This document shows positions 37,097 through 49,875 of a stretch of DNA of 64,000 nt, piece after piece. Under the pieces are notes generated by a model. It did no database searches. It was not told where the DNA came from and saw only the letters and a list, made by a program, of their open reading frames with translations. The position numbers were made by a program, and so were the translations under genes. The DNA lies in the NCBI GenBank assembly GCA_028284325.1, contig JANQRX010000011.1:11792-75791 (forward strand). The letters are read 5' to 3'. Numbering within the stretch: position 1 is the stretch's first letter; every line of letters starts with the position of its first letter. Source of the stretch: Bauldia sp. (GTDB taxonomy: Bacteria > Pseudomonadota > Alphaproteobacteria > Rhizobiales > Kaistiaceae).

Positions 37097-39759
37097 CTAC
37101 GACCTCGCCAGCGCGGCAAGAACGTGCGGCGCGAGGGGGTTGGCGAGCGCTTGCTCGCTGCTGAAGTTGAAGGTGCTGACGGTCAGCCAGCCTTCGCCAA
37201 GCGCGGTCCGTTTGCTGATGGCGGCCGCCTTGTGAACCCAACCGACGACGATGCCGGCGTCGACCAGACCTCCGAAGGCCGTCGAGCGAAATCCGGTCAG
37301 CACATGCTCGGGCAGCAGGCCCGTCCAGTGTTCGTCGAGCATCGGTCCGTTGGCGAACACCGACCACGGTCCGTCGGCACGTCGCCAGCAGAAGGCGCCC
37401 ATCCAGCCTCCGCCCCACGGTGAGCCCTCACGCGCCTTCACCACCATCTTGGGAAAGTTGACGAGATCGGGCACCGGCAGGTCGCGGTCCGGATCCGTCA
37501 GGGCGTCCGTGTCGTTGGCGATGAGCAGCGCCCGGCCCCCCGACAGCAGCGTCCGGCGAACGTCCTGGCCCAGCCGTGTCGCGAAAGCGATCTCACCACC
37601 GATGGGATATCCAGCGGCGTCGAGCAGCCGCTCGGCACCCTCATCCAGCGGACGAAGTCCCGGCACGTCGCTGATCGGCGGTACGACGCAGAACTCGTGC
37701 GTGTTATCTCCGATCGGCTGTCCGTCGACCACTGCGCTGAGCTCGAGCTGCAAGGTCGTGATTGTCTCGACGGCAGGTGCTTCGATGTCGAGCACGGCCT
37801 CCGCGCCGCCGCTCGCCGCCGGCTCGACCGCAACGTCCCCGCTCGTGGCACCGAAACGCCACGCAAGCCGTGCGCGCGCCGGGATCGGCGCCGCGCCGGT
37901 CAACCGCACCGGCACCCGCAGCCTCTCGCCGGACGAGCACGCGGTCCGCGCGGGCAGCGCCACAGGCAGGACCGGTATGTGAAGGGCGGCCAGCCGGTCG
38001 CCGAAGACACGCACATTGTTGCGCGCGTCCATCAGGCCGTTGGCCTCCCAGTGGGTGTCGTTGAGCTCGGTGATTACGTAGCCGGAGATCGGTGCGGCCG
38101 CGCGCAGGGTTTCGATCTGATGCTTCAAGCCGCGAAACTGCGTCTCCTGGCATTGATCGATGAAGCGATCGAGATCGCCGAAGACCCGGCCGAGGCGGGC
38201 GTCGCGAAACCGGGCGCGCAGGCCGCGCGGACAGCCGGCGCCGTCGCTCCACTCGTGACCGCTGTCGAACCACCACGGCTCACGGCCATCCTCGTCACGC
38301 AAACGGTCGGGGCGCGGCAGCCCCCACACGCCGAACTCCGAACAGATGAGCGGTTCGTCGCCGGTGCGTTCCCCGTCGCCGTGCGGCGAGAAGGACCACG
38401 CCGCCCGGCCGGCAAACTCTGCCGTGATGCGCTGAAAGGCCCCGTTGTGCTGCGGCCAGCCGCCGTACCAGTGGAAGTCCTCGATATCCGTCTTGATGTG
38501 ATAGTTGCGCGGGAAGCAGGCCGAGTTGTCGACCAGCAGGCTTTGCGGCAGCAGCGGCTTCAGCCGGTCGAAGCTCTCGGCCAGCCAGCGGCGGTCGTCC
38601 GGGTTGTCGTCGAGGTCGATGCCCCAGCCCTCATTGGCAATGCTCCAGATGCAGATCGACGGATGATGACCGTGCTGGCGGACGGCGCTTTCAAACGTCT
38701 GGCGCAGTTGTCGGCGCGCGGATGCCTGGAAATGCTCCATGTACGGCATGTCCAGCCAGACGAGCAGACCAAGTTCGTCGGCCAGTTCGAAGTAGCGTGA
38801 GTCGGGAATCTTGACGTGGCAGCGCAGAAGATTGAGCCCAAGCGCCTTGGCGCGCGTGAAGCGCTCCCTGAGGAAGGCGGTGTCCGGCGGCCGGCATTCC
38901 TCGTCGGGATACCAGTCCTGATCGAGCGCGCCGAAGATGTACAACGGCTCGCCGTTGAGCCACAGACGGCCGCCCCACCGCGCGAAATAGCGGAACCCGA
39001 TCGGGCGCACGTGGCGGTCGTCGCCCGCGGACACGTGCAGTTCGTAGAGCGCCGGCCGGTCGGGCGACCAGAGTTCGGCTTCCGGGACCGGCAGGTCCAC
39101 GCCGAACTGTTCGGCGACGGTCACACGACGTTCGGCCAGGATCGCACCATCGCGCATCACCTGCAGCTGGAGGTCTTTACGCGCCGGCTGCGACAGGCAC
39201 CCGCGGACCGTGACGGCACGTTTATGGCGATCGGCCGTGCAGGCGACCGCCAGATCCTGAAGATGCATCTGGTCGCGGGCCTCGATGCGCACCTCCCGCC
39301 AGATGCCGCCCTGGATGCCGTACCAGTCCTGCTTGCCGTGCAGCGCGGCGCCGAAACCCCCATCGGCGTAGTCGGCGTCGTCGGGAACGGTGACTTCGAC
39401 CTCGAGGTCGAAGCCATCCCGCACCGCCGTATCGGTGATGTCGATCTCGAACGGCGTCCAGGGGTTGTCGTGACGGCCGACCTCGCGGCCGTCGATGCGA
39501 ACACGGGCGTGGTGGAAGATCCCGTCGAAGACGAGGTGAAGGCGCCGCGTCGACCACGACGGGGGCAGGTCCACGCGCCGTCGGTAGACGCCTGTGCCGG
39601 TCGCGTTGCGCAGATCCTCGAACTGGCTCTGCCAGATGCCCGGCACGCGGATGCGTTGATCGTCAAGTTGCGCGGTCGGCCCGGTGAACGCGAAACGCCA
39701 CAAACCGCCGAGGTCCAGGGTCGCCGGGCCGTTGAGCCCGTGCACGCCGTCCGCTTCCT

Positions 39760-39766
<7 letters not shown>
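37097..39766 (-). CDS. glycoside hydrolase family 2 protein (beta-galactosidase/mannosidase/glucuronidase-like)
   Basis: ATG at 39766 ([14 protein letters not shown]...) inside the 1326-aa ORF 37097..41077. Sugar-binding jelly-roll N-terminal domain, acid/base SIANEGWG, and nucleophile context CSEFG. 889 aa. Confidence 0.82.
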
Positions 39767-40847
<1,081 letters not shown>

Positions 40848-40851
<4 letters not shown>

Positions 40852-42236
40852 CGGGCGGTCCGCCCGCTGGCAGGCGCGCCCGTCCCGGCGCCGATCGTCC
40901 CCACCGCATTGGCGGCGACCTTTTCCCGGAACAGAGGAACCAGATCGGTCTCGATCCGCGCAAACGTCTCGTCGAAACCGCGCCGCAGTTCGTAGAGCCC
41001 CATGGGCGCCATCCAGTCGTCCGGCCGCACGGCGTCGAACGAGCGGATTGGTGCCTTGCGCAGCGCCTCGGCCACATGATCGGGGTCGAGCCGGCCGGGG
41101 CCGCGACGAGTGATAAACTCTTCGACCGGCCGCCCGGCCCGGTACACCCAGTCGATCAGGTCGAACACCGGAAACCAGGTGAAGCCGACCAGCGGCACGC
41201 CTTGCCCGCGTATCCGGCCGACGGCACCGGTCGCCGCCTCGAGCCAGTCGATCCGCTCCGCGACCGAGCCGTTCAGGCTCGTCTCGGTGATCATCACCGG
41301 TTTGCCGTAACGTTCCGCAAACGCCCTGACCGAGCGCTCCAGCCCGACGACACCGCCGTCGATCGCCTGGCGCGCGGGCCGGCCGTCGCGCATGACCAGG
41401 CGCTGGACCGAGAACTGCGGGTAGTAGTTGGTGCCGACGACATCGAGGATTTGCGGCCTTGCCCGGTGCCAGGCGAGATCGTCGGCGCTCATGCCGTGAC
41501 GAAGGAGCCAGTCGGCGAGCAGGTGGGCGTCGTCGACCGCGCCGACGACGAGATCCGAGCCGATGAAGGTCTTGGCCGTTTCCAGCTCGGCCTGCGGCAT
41601 CAGGTCCGGCGTGTCCGGCTCGACCTCGCCGGCGGCGTCGACCTGAACGATGACGGCCGCGCCGTCGGCCGCGCGGATCGCCTCGATGGAGCGGGTCATG
41701 CCGCGGGCGATGTTGCGGATCAGCTTCACCTGACCGTCGTCGCCGCGCAGATAGGGCGGCCAGATGCCGTCGCGGCCGGCGAACTCGCTGCAGATCAGCG
41801 TCTCGTTGAACGGCGTGTAGTGGTGGAGCAGCGGCTTGAAGCGCTCGGCGAAGGCCGCCGCCCAGTCGGCGACGTGGTTCTCGTAGTCGGTGTTCAGGAA
41901 CTGGTTGTCGAGCCACAGCGGCACGCCGTAGTGCATCAGGTCGGCGATGACGAGGATGCCTTTTTCGGCCGCATAGTCGAGCACGCGATCGGACCAGTCC
42001 CAGTCGAAGCGGCCCTTGTCCGGCTCGCACTTGTACCAGGGCAGCCCGTAGCGCAGGGCCTGCACGCCGAGCGCCGCGCAGCGATCGATGTCCTCGCGCC
42101 AGAACTGATAGTGATGGGTCAGCGCATACTCGTCGAGCAGGCGCTCGCCCGCGCGTTCGGTCTGGCCGATGAAGGTGTTCTCGATGCCGACGGCCCAGAC
42201 GAAGCCCTCCGGCGACAGGTCGAACGGCGCCGCCAT
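40848..42236 (-). CDS. glycoside hydrolase family 1-like protein
   Basis: ATG at 42236 ([22 protein letters not shown]...). TPFNET (acid/base NE) and MITETS (nucleophile E) contexts. 462 aa. Confidence 0.78.
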
Positions 42237-43102
42237 CAGCCCTTGATCCCGCTCATGGCGATTCCCTGGATGAAGTAGCGCTGCGCAAACAGGAACGCGA
42301 CCAGCAGCGGCAGCAGCGTCAGGGTCGCCCCGGCCATGACCACGCCGTACTCGACGACGTGCTGGCCGACGAACAGCGCCAGACCGGCCGGCAGCGTGCG
42401 CATGTCGGGCGACGACGTAATCAGCAGCGGCCAGAGGAAGTCGTTCCAGTTGTACATGAAGTGGAAAATCGCGAGCGTCGCCAGCGCCGGGCCGGACAGC
42501 GGCAGGATGATCTTCCGGTAGATGGCAAACTCCGACGCGCCGTCGATGCGCGCCGCCTCGTCGAGCTCCTTCGGCAGCGTCATGAAGAACTGGCGGAGCA
42601 GGAAGATGCCGAACGCGTTGGTCGCACGCGGCACGATCAGGCCCGAATAGCTGTCGAGCATGCCGAGGTCGTGAACGATGACGAACAACGGGATGAACAT
42701 CACCTGGAACGGCAGCATCAGCGCGACCAGGATCGCCACGAAGATCACGTCGCGGCCGGGAAAGCGGAGTCGCGACAGCGCGTAGGCCGCCATGGAGTCG
42801 AGGAGCAGCGAGATGATGGTGACGCCGCCGGCCATGATGATCGAGTTGAGCAGCAGCCGGGCGAACGGGATGCGGCTCCAGACGTTCTGGTAGTTCTCCA
42901 GCGTCCAGGTCTCCGGCATCAGCCGCGGCGGAAACTGCGCGATCTGTGCCTCCGGCTTGAACGACGTCAGGATCATCCAGACGAACGGGAAGAGGACGGC
43001 GAGCGCGATCACCGCGAGGACCGCCAATGTCATGAGCGTCCACAGACGCGACTGCACCGCGACACCGCGCCGTGCCGGCGGATTGAGCGTGATCGCCGCC
43101 AT
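42236..43102 (-). CDS. carbohydrate ABC transporter permease (CUT1)
   Basis: ATG at 43102. EAA loop [26 protein letters not shown]. Confidence 0.9.
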   Translation of the reverse strand: MAAITLNPPARRGVAVQSRLWTLMTLAVLAVIALAVLFPFVWMILTSFKPEAQIAQFPPRLMPETWTLENYQNVWSRIPFARLLLNSIIMAGGVTIISLLLDSMAAYALSRLRFPGRDVIFVAILVALMLPFQVMFIPLFVIVHDLGMLDSYSGLIVPRATNAFGIFLLRQFFMTLPKELDEAARIDGASEFAIYRKIILPLSGPALATLAIFHFMYNWNDFLWPLLITSSPDMRTLPAGLALFVGQHVVEYGVVMAGATLTLLPLLVAFLFAQRYFIQGIAMSGIKG

Positions 43103-44040
43103 CACTCCCGCCCCGTCCGGGTGAACCAGAGCTGGATCACGGTGAGGACCAGCACGATCGCAAACAGTACGAAGCCGATGCTCGCGGCGTAGCTGAGATC
43201 GAACTGGGTGATCCCTTGCCGGTAGATGAACGTCACCAGCGTCTCGGTCGAGAACAGCGGCCCGCCATTGGGCGTCAGCACGAAGACCGGGTCGAACACC
43301 TGGAACGCGGCGATGATCGAGATCACGAAGACGAACACGTTGGTCGCCTTGAGCTGCGGCCAGGTGATCGACCAGAACTGCCGCCAACGGCCGGCGTTGT
43401 CGATGCGCGCCGCCTCGTAGAGTTCCTCGGGGATCGCCTGAAGACCCGCCAGGTAGATGACCATGTTGAAGCCGATGTTCTTCCACAACGCGACGACGAT
43501 GACGGCGGGCATCGCCCAGTCCGGGTCGCGCAACGGGCTGAACCGCGGGAAGCCGAAGAAGCTCAGCCAGTAGGTCAGGATGCCGATGTCCGGATCGAGC
43601 AGGAAACGCCAGGCCAGTGCCATGATGGCGAAGGAGGCGATCACCGGCAGGAAGATCGCGGCGCGGAAGAACGCCCGGAACGGGATGGCGGCGTTCAGGG
43701 CAAGCGCCAGCGCCAGCGGAATGGCGACGCCCAGCGGCACGACGAAGGCCGTGAAGTAGACCGTGTTCCAGAACGCGTTCCACGCCCGCGGGTCGCGCCA
43801 CATCTTTTCGTAGTTCGCCAGTCCCACAAAATTCTGGTGCTCGGCACCGAAGCGCCATTCGTGGAGGCTGAGCACCACCGACTGCACGATCGGCCAGAAC
43901 ACGAAGATGGCCAGCACGACGAAGCTGGGCGCCAGGAACATCATCGCCGTGACGGTCTGGCGATGACGGCCGGCCACGCCGCGCCGGCGGGTGCCGCGTT
44001 GTCCGACTTGCCGGGAACTTGCCGCCATGACGCTCGGCAC
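43102..44040 (-). CDS. carbohydrate ABC transporter permease (CUT1)
   Basis: EAA loop LYEAARIDNAGRWRQFWSITWPQLK. The start may be internal (MMFLAPSF...). Confidence 0.88.
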   Translation of the reverse strand: MPSVMAASSRQVGQRGTRRRGVAGRHRQTVTAMMFLAPSFVVLAIFVFWPIVQSVVLSLHEWRFGAEHQNFVGLANYEKMWRDPRAWNAFWNTVYFTAFVVPLGVAIPLALALALNAAIPFRAFFRAAIFLPVIASFAIMALAWRFLLDPDIGILTYWLSFFGFPRFSPLRDPDWAMPAVIVVALWKNIGFNMVIYLAGLQAIPEELYEAARIDNAGRWRQFWSITWPQLKATNVFVFVISIIAAFQVFDPVFVLTPNGGPLFSTETLVTFIYRQGITQFDLSYAASIGFVLFAIVLVLTVIQLWFTRTGRE

Positions 44041-44055
44041 CCTTCGTGTGCGAAC

Positions 44056-44080
44056 GGGAGCGGGACACGTGCCCGCTCCC
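44056..44080 (-). other. intercistronic stem-loop after the SBP gene
   Basis: GGGAGCGGG (44056-44064) pairs with CCCGCTCCC (44072-44080), giving a 9-bp stem. Confidence 0.45.
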
Positions 44081-44099
44081 CTCGCCTGACCCGGCCCGC

Positions 44100-45326
44100 C
44101 TACTGCAGCAAGGAGCCGAGCTGCTCGCTCGCCGCGTTCGCGGCATCCTCGACGCTCGCCCGACCCAGCGTGATGGTCTGGATCAGCGGCGTGAAGACAT
44201 CATCGTTGATCTGGCTGAACTTGTCCTGTCCGGCCAGATTGAACCGCGATTGCGGAACGACTGCGGCGAACTTCGCCGCCCACGGATTGGTCAGTTCGGT
44301 GCTGGTCGACAGATCGGTCCGCGACGGCGGAAAGCCGGTCTCGTTGGCCAGGCGCAGCTGGGCTTCCTTGGAGTTCCAGTGCGCCAAGAACTTGATGGCG
44401 GCTTCCGGATCGTCGGTGTCCTTGTTGACCAGCAGCACGATGGTGTCGCCGAGCGTTACCGGACCGGCGGGGCCGACGGGGATCGGCGTCACGTCGTAGT
44501 TGAGGCCCGCGGCGGTGAAGCCGTTGGTCATCCACGGCCCGGTGATGCCCATGGCGGCCTTGCCGGTCTCGAACAGCTTGTCGGCCTCGGCGCCGGTCAG
44601 CCCGACCGGCGAGATCTTCTCGTTGACCACGAGGCCGGACCACAGTTCCAGCGCCTCGATCGCCGCCGGCTCCGACAAGCCCGACGCACCCTCGACGACG
44701 ATGTCGGCGCCGTTCCCCCACAACAGGATCGGCCAGTTGGGGATCGTCTGGTGGTCCGGCAACGTCAGCCCGTACTGGGCCTCGCCCTCACTGATGGTCG
44801 TGGCCCTGATCGCCTCGATCCACGCATCCCACGTCGCCGGCGGATTGTCCGGGTCGAGGCCGGCTTCGGCGAACAGGTCCTTGTTGTAGTACATCAGCAG
44901 CGTCGCGTAGTTGATCGGCGTGGCGTAGTACCTGCCGTCAACCTGCAGGACCGAGCGCAGCCCCTCCGACCAGTTGGCCGGGTCGAGATCGTTCTCCGCC
45001 GTCAGATGGTCGGTCAGGTCCATGATCAGGCCGGATTTGGCGAACTGCGGCAGAAACGCGAAATTGATGCCCACCACGTCGGGGCCGGAGCCGCTGCCGA
45101 GTGCGGTCAGCAGCTTCTGCATCAGGCTGTCCCACGGCACGATGTCCATGGCCACCGGGGTATCCGGGTTGGCCGCCGAGAACTCGGCGGTCACCGCTTC
45201 GATGGTCGGCCGATCGGGACCGGTGAAACCGTTCCAGAAGGTGAGCTCGCCGGCCTGGGTGGCAAGCGGCAGCGTCAATGCGGCGGACAGCGCGGCGCCC
45301 GTCGCCGCTTTGATCCATGCGTTCAT
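44100..45326 (-). CDS. carbohydrate ABC transporter substrate-binding protein
   Basis: 408 aa. Signal peptide MNAWIKAATGAALSAALTLPLATQA. Confidence 0.9.
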   Translation of the reverse strand: MNAWIKAATGAALSAALTLPLATQAGELTFWNGFTGPDRPTIEAVTAEFSAANPDTPVAMDIVPWDSLMQKLLTALGSGSGPDVVGINFAFLPQFAKSGLIMDLTDHLTAENDLDPANWSEGLRSVLQVDGRYYATPINYATLLMYYNKDLFAEAGLDPDNPPATWDAWIEAIRATTISEGEAQYGLTLPDHQTIPNWPILLWGNGADIVVEGASGLSEPAAIEALELWSGLVVNEKISPVGLTGAEADKLFETGKAAMGITGPWMTNGFTAAGLNYDVTPIPVGPAGPVTLGDTIVLLVNKDTDDPEAAIKFLAHWNSKEAQLRLANETGFPPSRTDLSTSTELTNPWAAKFAAVVPQSRFNLAGQDKFSQINDDVFTPLIQTITLGRASVEDAANAASEQLGSLLQ

Positions 45327-45411
45327 CGTTCCTCCTTCCCGACGCGCGTCGGATATCAGGATTGCTAGCCATAATGTTCCGCCGGGCGGACAGTCTTCCT
45401 GTCGCCCGTCG

Positions 45412-45460
45412 CTAAATATTTTATTTATTTTTTTATCAACGGCAAGTTATATTTTCAATG
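45412..45460. promoter_or_regulatory. extreme AT-rich tract in the divergent promoter region
   Basis: ctaaatattttatttatttttttatcaacggcaagttatattttcaatg lies between the SBP operon start (45326) and the LacI start (45498). Roughly 20% GC in a genome of about 67% GC. Confidence 0.4.
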
Positions 45461-45497
45461 TCCCGTGAAGCGGGTATGACAGGATCGGAGTTCACCC

Positions 45498-46529
45498 GTG
45501 TCGAAACGCCAACGAGCACCCACCATGCGCGATGTCGCGCGGCGCGCCGGGGTATCCCAGGCCACGGTGTCGCTCGTGCTGAACGCGGTGGCCGGCGTGC
45601 GCATCTCCGAGGAGACCCGGCGGCGCGTGATCGATGCTGCCGACAAGCTGAACTACCGGCGTTCGCCGCGCATCCGCGCCGAATCCCGCGCCGCCAGCGT
45701 CATCGGCCTGGTCATCGACGACGTGGCCTCCAGTCCATTTGCCGCGCCCCTGCTCGACGGCGCGCGCGAGGCGGCGTGGGAGCACGACGGCGTGGTGACC
45801 GTGGTCACCACCCGCAATCATGGCCCGATCGAAGAAGCGGCCATGCGCGCGATGCTGAGCCTGCCGGTGGAGGGCATCGTCTACGCCACGCTGTTCACCC
45901 GTGAGGTCACGCCGCCGCCCCTGGTCGGCGGCCTGCCGCTGGTCCTTCTCAACTGTTACGACGCGGACAACGCTTACGCCTCAGTCGTTCCGGACGACTT
46001 TGCCGGGGCCGCGGCGCTGACCAACGCACTGCTCGCCGCCGGCCATCGTCGCATCGGCCACATCGCCGGCGAGGCCTGGCTCGACGCCGGCCGGGCGCGG
46101 CTGGCGGGCTACCGCGACGCGCTGACGAAGCGCGGAATCGACTTTGACGACACCCTCATCCAGAATCTCGGTTCGGCGGTCTCGGCCGGGCGCAACGGCG
46201 CCCACGCGCTGCTCGACCTCCACGAACCACCGACCGCCATCTTCTGTTTCAACGATCGCCTCGCCATCGGCGCGATCGGTGCCGCTACCGAACGCGGTCT
46301 CAGCGTTCCCGAAGACCTGTCGGTCGTCGGCTTCGACAACGATCCGTTCGCCTCCGCCGTTTTCCCCGACGGACTCACCACCGCGCTCCTGCCGCACGAG
46401 GACATGGCGCGCTGGGCCGTGCACCGGCTGATGGACCTTCGCCACGGCCGCAAGGCCGGCCTGGTCGAGCAGATCAGGCTTGGCTGCCCGATCGTGCGCG
46501 CCAATTCCATCGCCGCCCCTAGGGCGTAA
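45498..46529 (+). CDS. LacI family transcriptional regulator
   Basis: HTH PTMRDVARRAGVSQATVSLVLN. Start is GTG 45498 or ATG 45525. Confidence 0.88.
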   Translation: MSKRQRAPTMRDVARRAGVSQATVSLVLNAVAGVRISEETRRRVIDAADKLNYRRSPRIRAESRAASVIGLVIDDVASSPFAAPLLDGAREAAWEHDGVVTVVTTRNHGPIEEAAMRAMLSLPVEGIVYATLFTREVTPPPLVGGLPLVLLNCYDADNAYASVVPDDFAGAAALTNALLAAGHRRIGHIAGEAWLDAGRARLAGYRDALTKRGIDFDDTLIQNLGSAVSAGRNGAHALLDLHEPPTAIFCFNDRLAIGAIGAATERGLSVPEDLSVVGFDNDPFASAVFPDGLTTALLPHEDMARWAVHRLMDLRHGRKAGLVEQIRLGCPIVRANSIAAPRA

Positions 46530-46565
46530 CGACGGCAGCCGACGTGGCGCGAGGCCCTGGCGGGC

Positions 46566-47567
46566 TCAGTCGACCACGAAGCCGTGGGCGAACGGATCGC
46601 GGTCGTCGATAAAGATGGTGTTGATCCCGGTCATGCGCGCCCAACCGCTGACAGACGGCACGATCGCCGGGAAGTTGCCCACCGTGGTCTCGGCTTCGAC
46701 CCGGCCGCGGAACAGCGATCCGATGATGCTCTCATGCACGAAGTCGTCGCCGACGCCGAGATCGCCCCGCGCCGCGAGCTGGGCCATGCGCGCCGAAGTC
46801 CCCGTGCCGCAGGGCGACCTGTCGATCGCCTTGGCGCCGTAGAAGACGGCGTTGCGCGCATCGGCTTCCGGGTCGCGTGGTGCGCCGGTCCAGAGGATGT
46901 GCGACAGGCCGGCGATCTCCGGCCGCTCGGGATGCTCGAACGTATACGCCGCGTTCAGCGCGTCGCGGAGCAGCGGGCTCCAGCCGATGAGGTCGACCGC
47001 GCGGTGGTCGGCCATGTCGCGGAACGCGTCTTGCGGCTCGACGATGGCGTAGAAATTGCCGCCATAGGCCACGTCGACGGTCACCTCGCCGAGTCCGGGA
47101 CAATCGGCGGTCAACCCGCTTGCGAAGCGGAAGGACGGCACGTTGGTCAGCCGCACCTCCTCGACGAACCGGCCCTCCTGACGATAGGTCACCGCCACCG
47201 GGCCGGCCGGCGTGTCGAGGACGAGCTTCCCCGGCTCGCGCGCTGTGACGAGCCCGTGCTCGATGGCCATGGTGACCGTGCCGATGGTGCCGTGGCCGCA
47301 CATGGGCAGGCAGCCGGAGGTCTCGATGAACAGGACACCGATGTCGCAATCGTCGCGGGTGGTCGGGTAGAGCATCGCGCCCGACATCATGTCGTGGCCG
47401 CGCGGTTCGAACATCAGGCCGGTGCGGATCCAGTCGTACTCGGCGAGGAAATGCGCCCGCCGCTCCAGCATGGTGTTGCCCTCAAGCGACGGCGCACCAC
47501 CGGCGACCAGGCGCACCGGATTGCCGCAGGTGTGTCCGTCGATACACATGAAGGTGTGCTGGGCCAT
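46566..47567 (-). CDS. 4-hydroxyproline 2-epimerase (proline racemase superfamily, Cys/Cys)
   Basis: 333 aa. Both catalytic thiols are present (SGCLPMCGHG and DRSPCGTGTSARMA). Neighbours are D-amino-acid dehydrogenase-type and DapA-type genes, as in known Hyp clusters. Confidence 0.82.
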   Translation of the reverse strand: MAQHTFMCIDGHTCGNPVRLVAGGAPSLEGNTMLERRAHFLAEYDWIRTGLMFEPRGHDMMSGAMLYPTTRDDCDIGVLFIETSGCLPMCGHGTIGTVTMAIEHGLVTAREPGKLVLDTPAGPVAVTYRQEGRFVEEVRLTNVPSFRFASGLTADCPGLGEVTVDVAYGGNFYAIVEPQDAFRDMADHRAVDLIGWSPLLRDALNAAYTFEHPERPEIAGLSHILWTGAPRDPEADARNAVFYGAKAIDRSPCGTGTSARMAQLAARGDLGVGDDFVHESIIGSLFRGRVEAETTVGNFPAIVPSVSGWARMTGINTIFIDDRDPFAHGFVVD

Positions 47568-47580
47568 GGGCGTCCTTAGA

Positions 47581-48831
47581 CTAGAACCTGTCCGGCCTGA
47601 ACGGCGTCAGATCGATAGCCGATCCGCGTCCGGTCACCAAGTCGGCGACCAGCTCCGCGGTCGCGGCCGATTGGGTGAGGCCCAGATGGCCATGGCCGAA
47701 GGCGTAGACGACGCGGGGGTCGCGCGTGGCTGGCCCGATCACCGGCAGGCTGTCCGGCAGAGATGGCCGGAACCCCATCCAGCGACGCCCCTCACCGACC
47801 TTCAGGTCGGGAAGAAACGCCCTGGCCTTGGCCAGCATGGCCGCCGCGCGGCGGTGGTTGGGCGGCAGGTCGAGACCGCCGAGCTCCACGCCGCCGCCGA
47901 TCCGGATGCCGGTCGCCAGGCGTGTCACGACGAAGCCGTGGCCGCCGAAGGTGATCTGCGGTCCAAGGTCGAAGGCGTCGAGCGGCAGCGTGACGTTGTA
48001 GCCGCGCTCGGTTTCGAGCGGGATGCGGTCGCCCAGCGTGCGCGCGAGACGGTGGGACCAGGCGCCGGCGCACACCACAACATGATCCGCCGACAGGGTG
48101 GCGCCATCGGCCAGCCGGACCGTGGCCCTCTCGCCGCGGCCTTCGAGCGCGACGGCGTCGGCGATCTGCAGCGTTCCGTCGCGTCGCTGGAAGATGGCGC
48201 CGAGGCGTCGGCAGAAATCCGCCGGATCGTCGATGTGGTACCACTCCGGTGTCAGCGTCGCGGCCTTGAAGCGGGGGTGCAGGCCGGGCTGGACGGCGGC
48301 GATATCGGCCGCACCGTGGATGTGCTCGAAGGCGATCCCGTGATCGGCGCGAGCGTCCCAGTACCGCCGGACGGCATCCAGTTCCGCTTCGGATTCATAG
48401 ACCTCCAGATTGCCGCTCCGCGTGAGCGCCTGACGCAGGCCTACATCGTCGAGGAGCGGAAACAGGCGCTCCCGGGCGAGATTGTTGAGCGCCGCCTGCG
48501 CCACCACACCGGCGGCGACCCGATGCGGGCGGCTCGCGCGCCAGAACCGCAGGAGCCACGGGGTGATCTGCGGCGCGTACCGCCACGGCACCGCCAGCGG
48601 GCCGTTGGGATCGAGAAGCCATTTGGGCGCCTTGCGCATGATGCCGGGCGAGGCCAGCGGCAGCACGTCGGAGAAGGCGAACGCGCCGGCATTGCCCGCA
48701 GAGGCTTGCGCCGCGACGCCGGTGCGCTCGACCAGCGTCACCGACAGGCCACGCCGCTGGAGAGCGAGCGCCGCGGTGAGCCCGATCACACCCGCGCCGA
48801 TGACGATGACGTCGGGTTTGCGTTCACTCAT
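47581..48831 (-). CDS. FAD-dependent oxidoreductase (D-amino-acid / D-hydroxyproline dehydrogenase-like)
   Basis: ATG at 48831 ([22 protein letters not shown], GxGxxG). 416 aa, DAO family size. Confidence 0.85.
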   Translation of the reverse strand: MSERKPDVIVIGAGVIGLTAALALQRRGLSVTLVERTGVAAQASAGNAGAFAFSDVLPLASPGIMRKAPKWLLDPNGPLAVPWRYAPQITPWLLRFWRASRPHRVAAGVVAQAALNNLARERLFPLLDDVGLRQALTRSGNLEVYESEAELDAVRRYWDARADHGIAFEHIHGAADIAAVQPGLHPRFKAATLTPEWYHIDDPADFCRRLGAIFQRRDGTLQIADAVALEGRGERATVRLADGATLSADHVVVCAGAWSHRLARTLGDRIPLETERGYNVTLPLDAFDLGPQITFGGHGFVVTRLATGIRIGGGVELGGLDLPPNHRRAAAMLAKARAFLPDLKVGEGRRWMGFRPSLPDSLPVIGPATRDPRVVYAFGHGHLGLTQSAATAELVADLVTGRGSAIDLTPFRPDRF

Positions 48832-49865
48832 CCGCGCGGCCGCGGCCAGGTGTCGGCGAGGCGGTAGCCCTCGGGCCAGGGATCGTCGGGGTCGAGCATG
48901 TATTGATGCGTGCCGGTGATCCACGCCCGCCCCGCCACCGAGGTCACCACGGCGGGACGGCCCACCAGTTCGACCTCCTGCTCGACACGACAACGGAAGC
49001 GCGACCCGATGATCGACTCGCCGACGAACGCGTCGCCGACACCGAGCTGTCCGCGGGCATGCAGCACCGCCATGCGCGCCGAGCAGCCGGTGCCGGTCGG
49101 CGAGCGATCGAGCTTGCCGGGATCGATCGCGACCGCGTTGCGGCCGACGAGCACGCCGTCCTCGTCCACCGGCGGCAGCGTGAACTGGCAGAACGAAATG
49201 TGCGCCCAGTCCGGATTCTCAGGATGGACGAAACCGATCTGCTCGTTGGCGGCCGCGGTGATCGCGACGCCCAGGGCCGCGAGATCGGCGGCCTCGTCGG
49301 CGACGAGCGCAAAGCCCAGGGCGGTGGCATCGACGAGGACGAAGCTGTCGCCACCATAGGCGACATCAACGGTGAGCGTCCCCCTGCCCGCGACATCCAG
49401 CGGCACATCGAGCGCCGTCACGAAGGCGGGCACGTTGCGGATGGCGATCGCGTGCGCCTTGCCGTCCGCACAGTCTGCCGTCACCTCCACCAGCCCGGCC
49501 GGCGCTTCGAGATGGAAGCGGGTCACCGGCTCCTCCATCGCCACCAGCCCGGTATCGAGCAGGACGGTGGCGACGCACATCGCGTTGGAGCCCGACATGG
49601 GCGGCGTGTGCTCCGGTTCCATGATGATGAAGCCCATCGCGGCGCGAGGGTCCTTGGGCGGCACCAGCAGGTTGACGTGGCGAAACACACCGCCGCGCGG
49701 CTCGTTCAGGACGAAATTCCGCAGACGCTGGTCGGACGCGATGAACCGCGACTGTTCCCACAGCGTCGCGCCCGGCGGCGGTGCGACGCCGCCCACGATC
49801 ACGTCGCCGACCTCGCCCTCCGCGTGGGCGCTGACGACATGGACGATCGTGGTCGAGCGGACCAT
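48828..49865 (-). CDS. proline racemase superfamily paralogue lacking both catalytic cysteines (Ser/Thr pair)
   Basis: 345 aa. The aligned catalytic positions read PPMSGSNAM (Ser) and [14 protein letters not shown] (Thr). The epimerase two genes away has PMCGHG and DRSPCGTG. Confidence 0.8.
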   Translation of the reverse strand: MVRSTTIVHVVSAHAEGEVGDVIVGGVAPPPGATLWEQSRFIASDQRLRNFVLNEPRGGVFRHVNLLVPPKDPRAAMGFIIMEPEHTPPMSGSNAMCVATVLLDTGLVAMEEPVTRFHLEAPAGLVEVTADCADGKAHAIAIRNVPAFVTALDVPLDVAGRGTLTVDVAYGGDSFVLVDATALGFALVADEAADLAALGVAITAAANEQIGFVHPENPDWAHISFCQFTLPPVDEDGVLVGRNAVAIDPGKLDRSPTGTGCSARMAVLHARGQLGVGDAFVGESIIGSRFRCRVEQEVELVGRPAVVTSVAGRAWITGTHQYMLDPDDPWPEGYRLADTWPRPRG

Positions 49866-49875
49866 TGGCCGTTCG

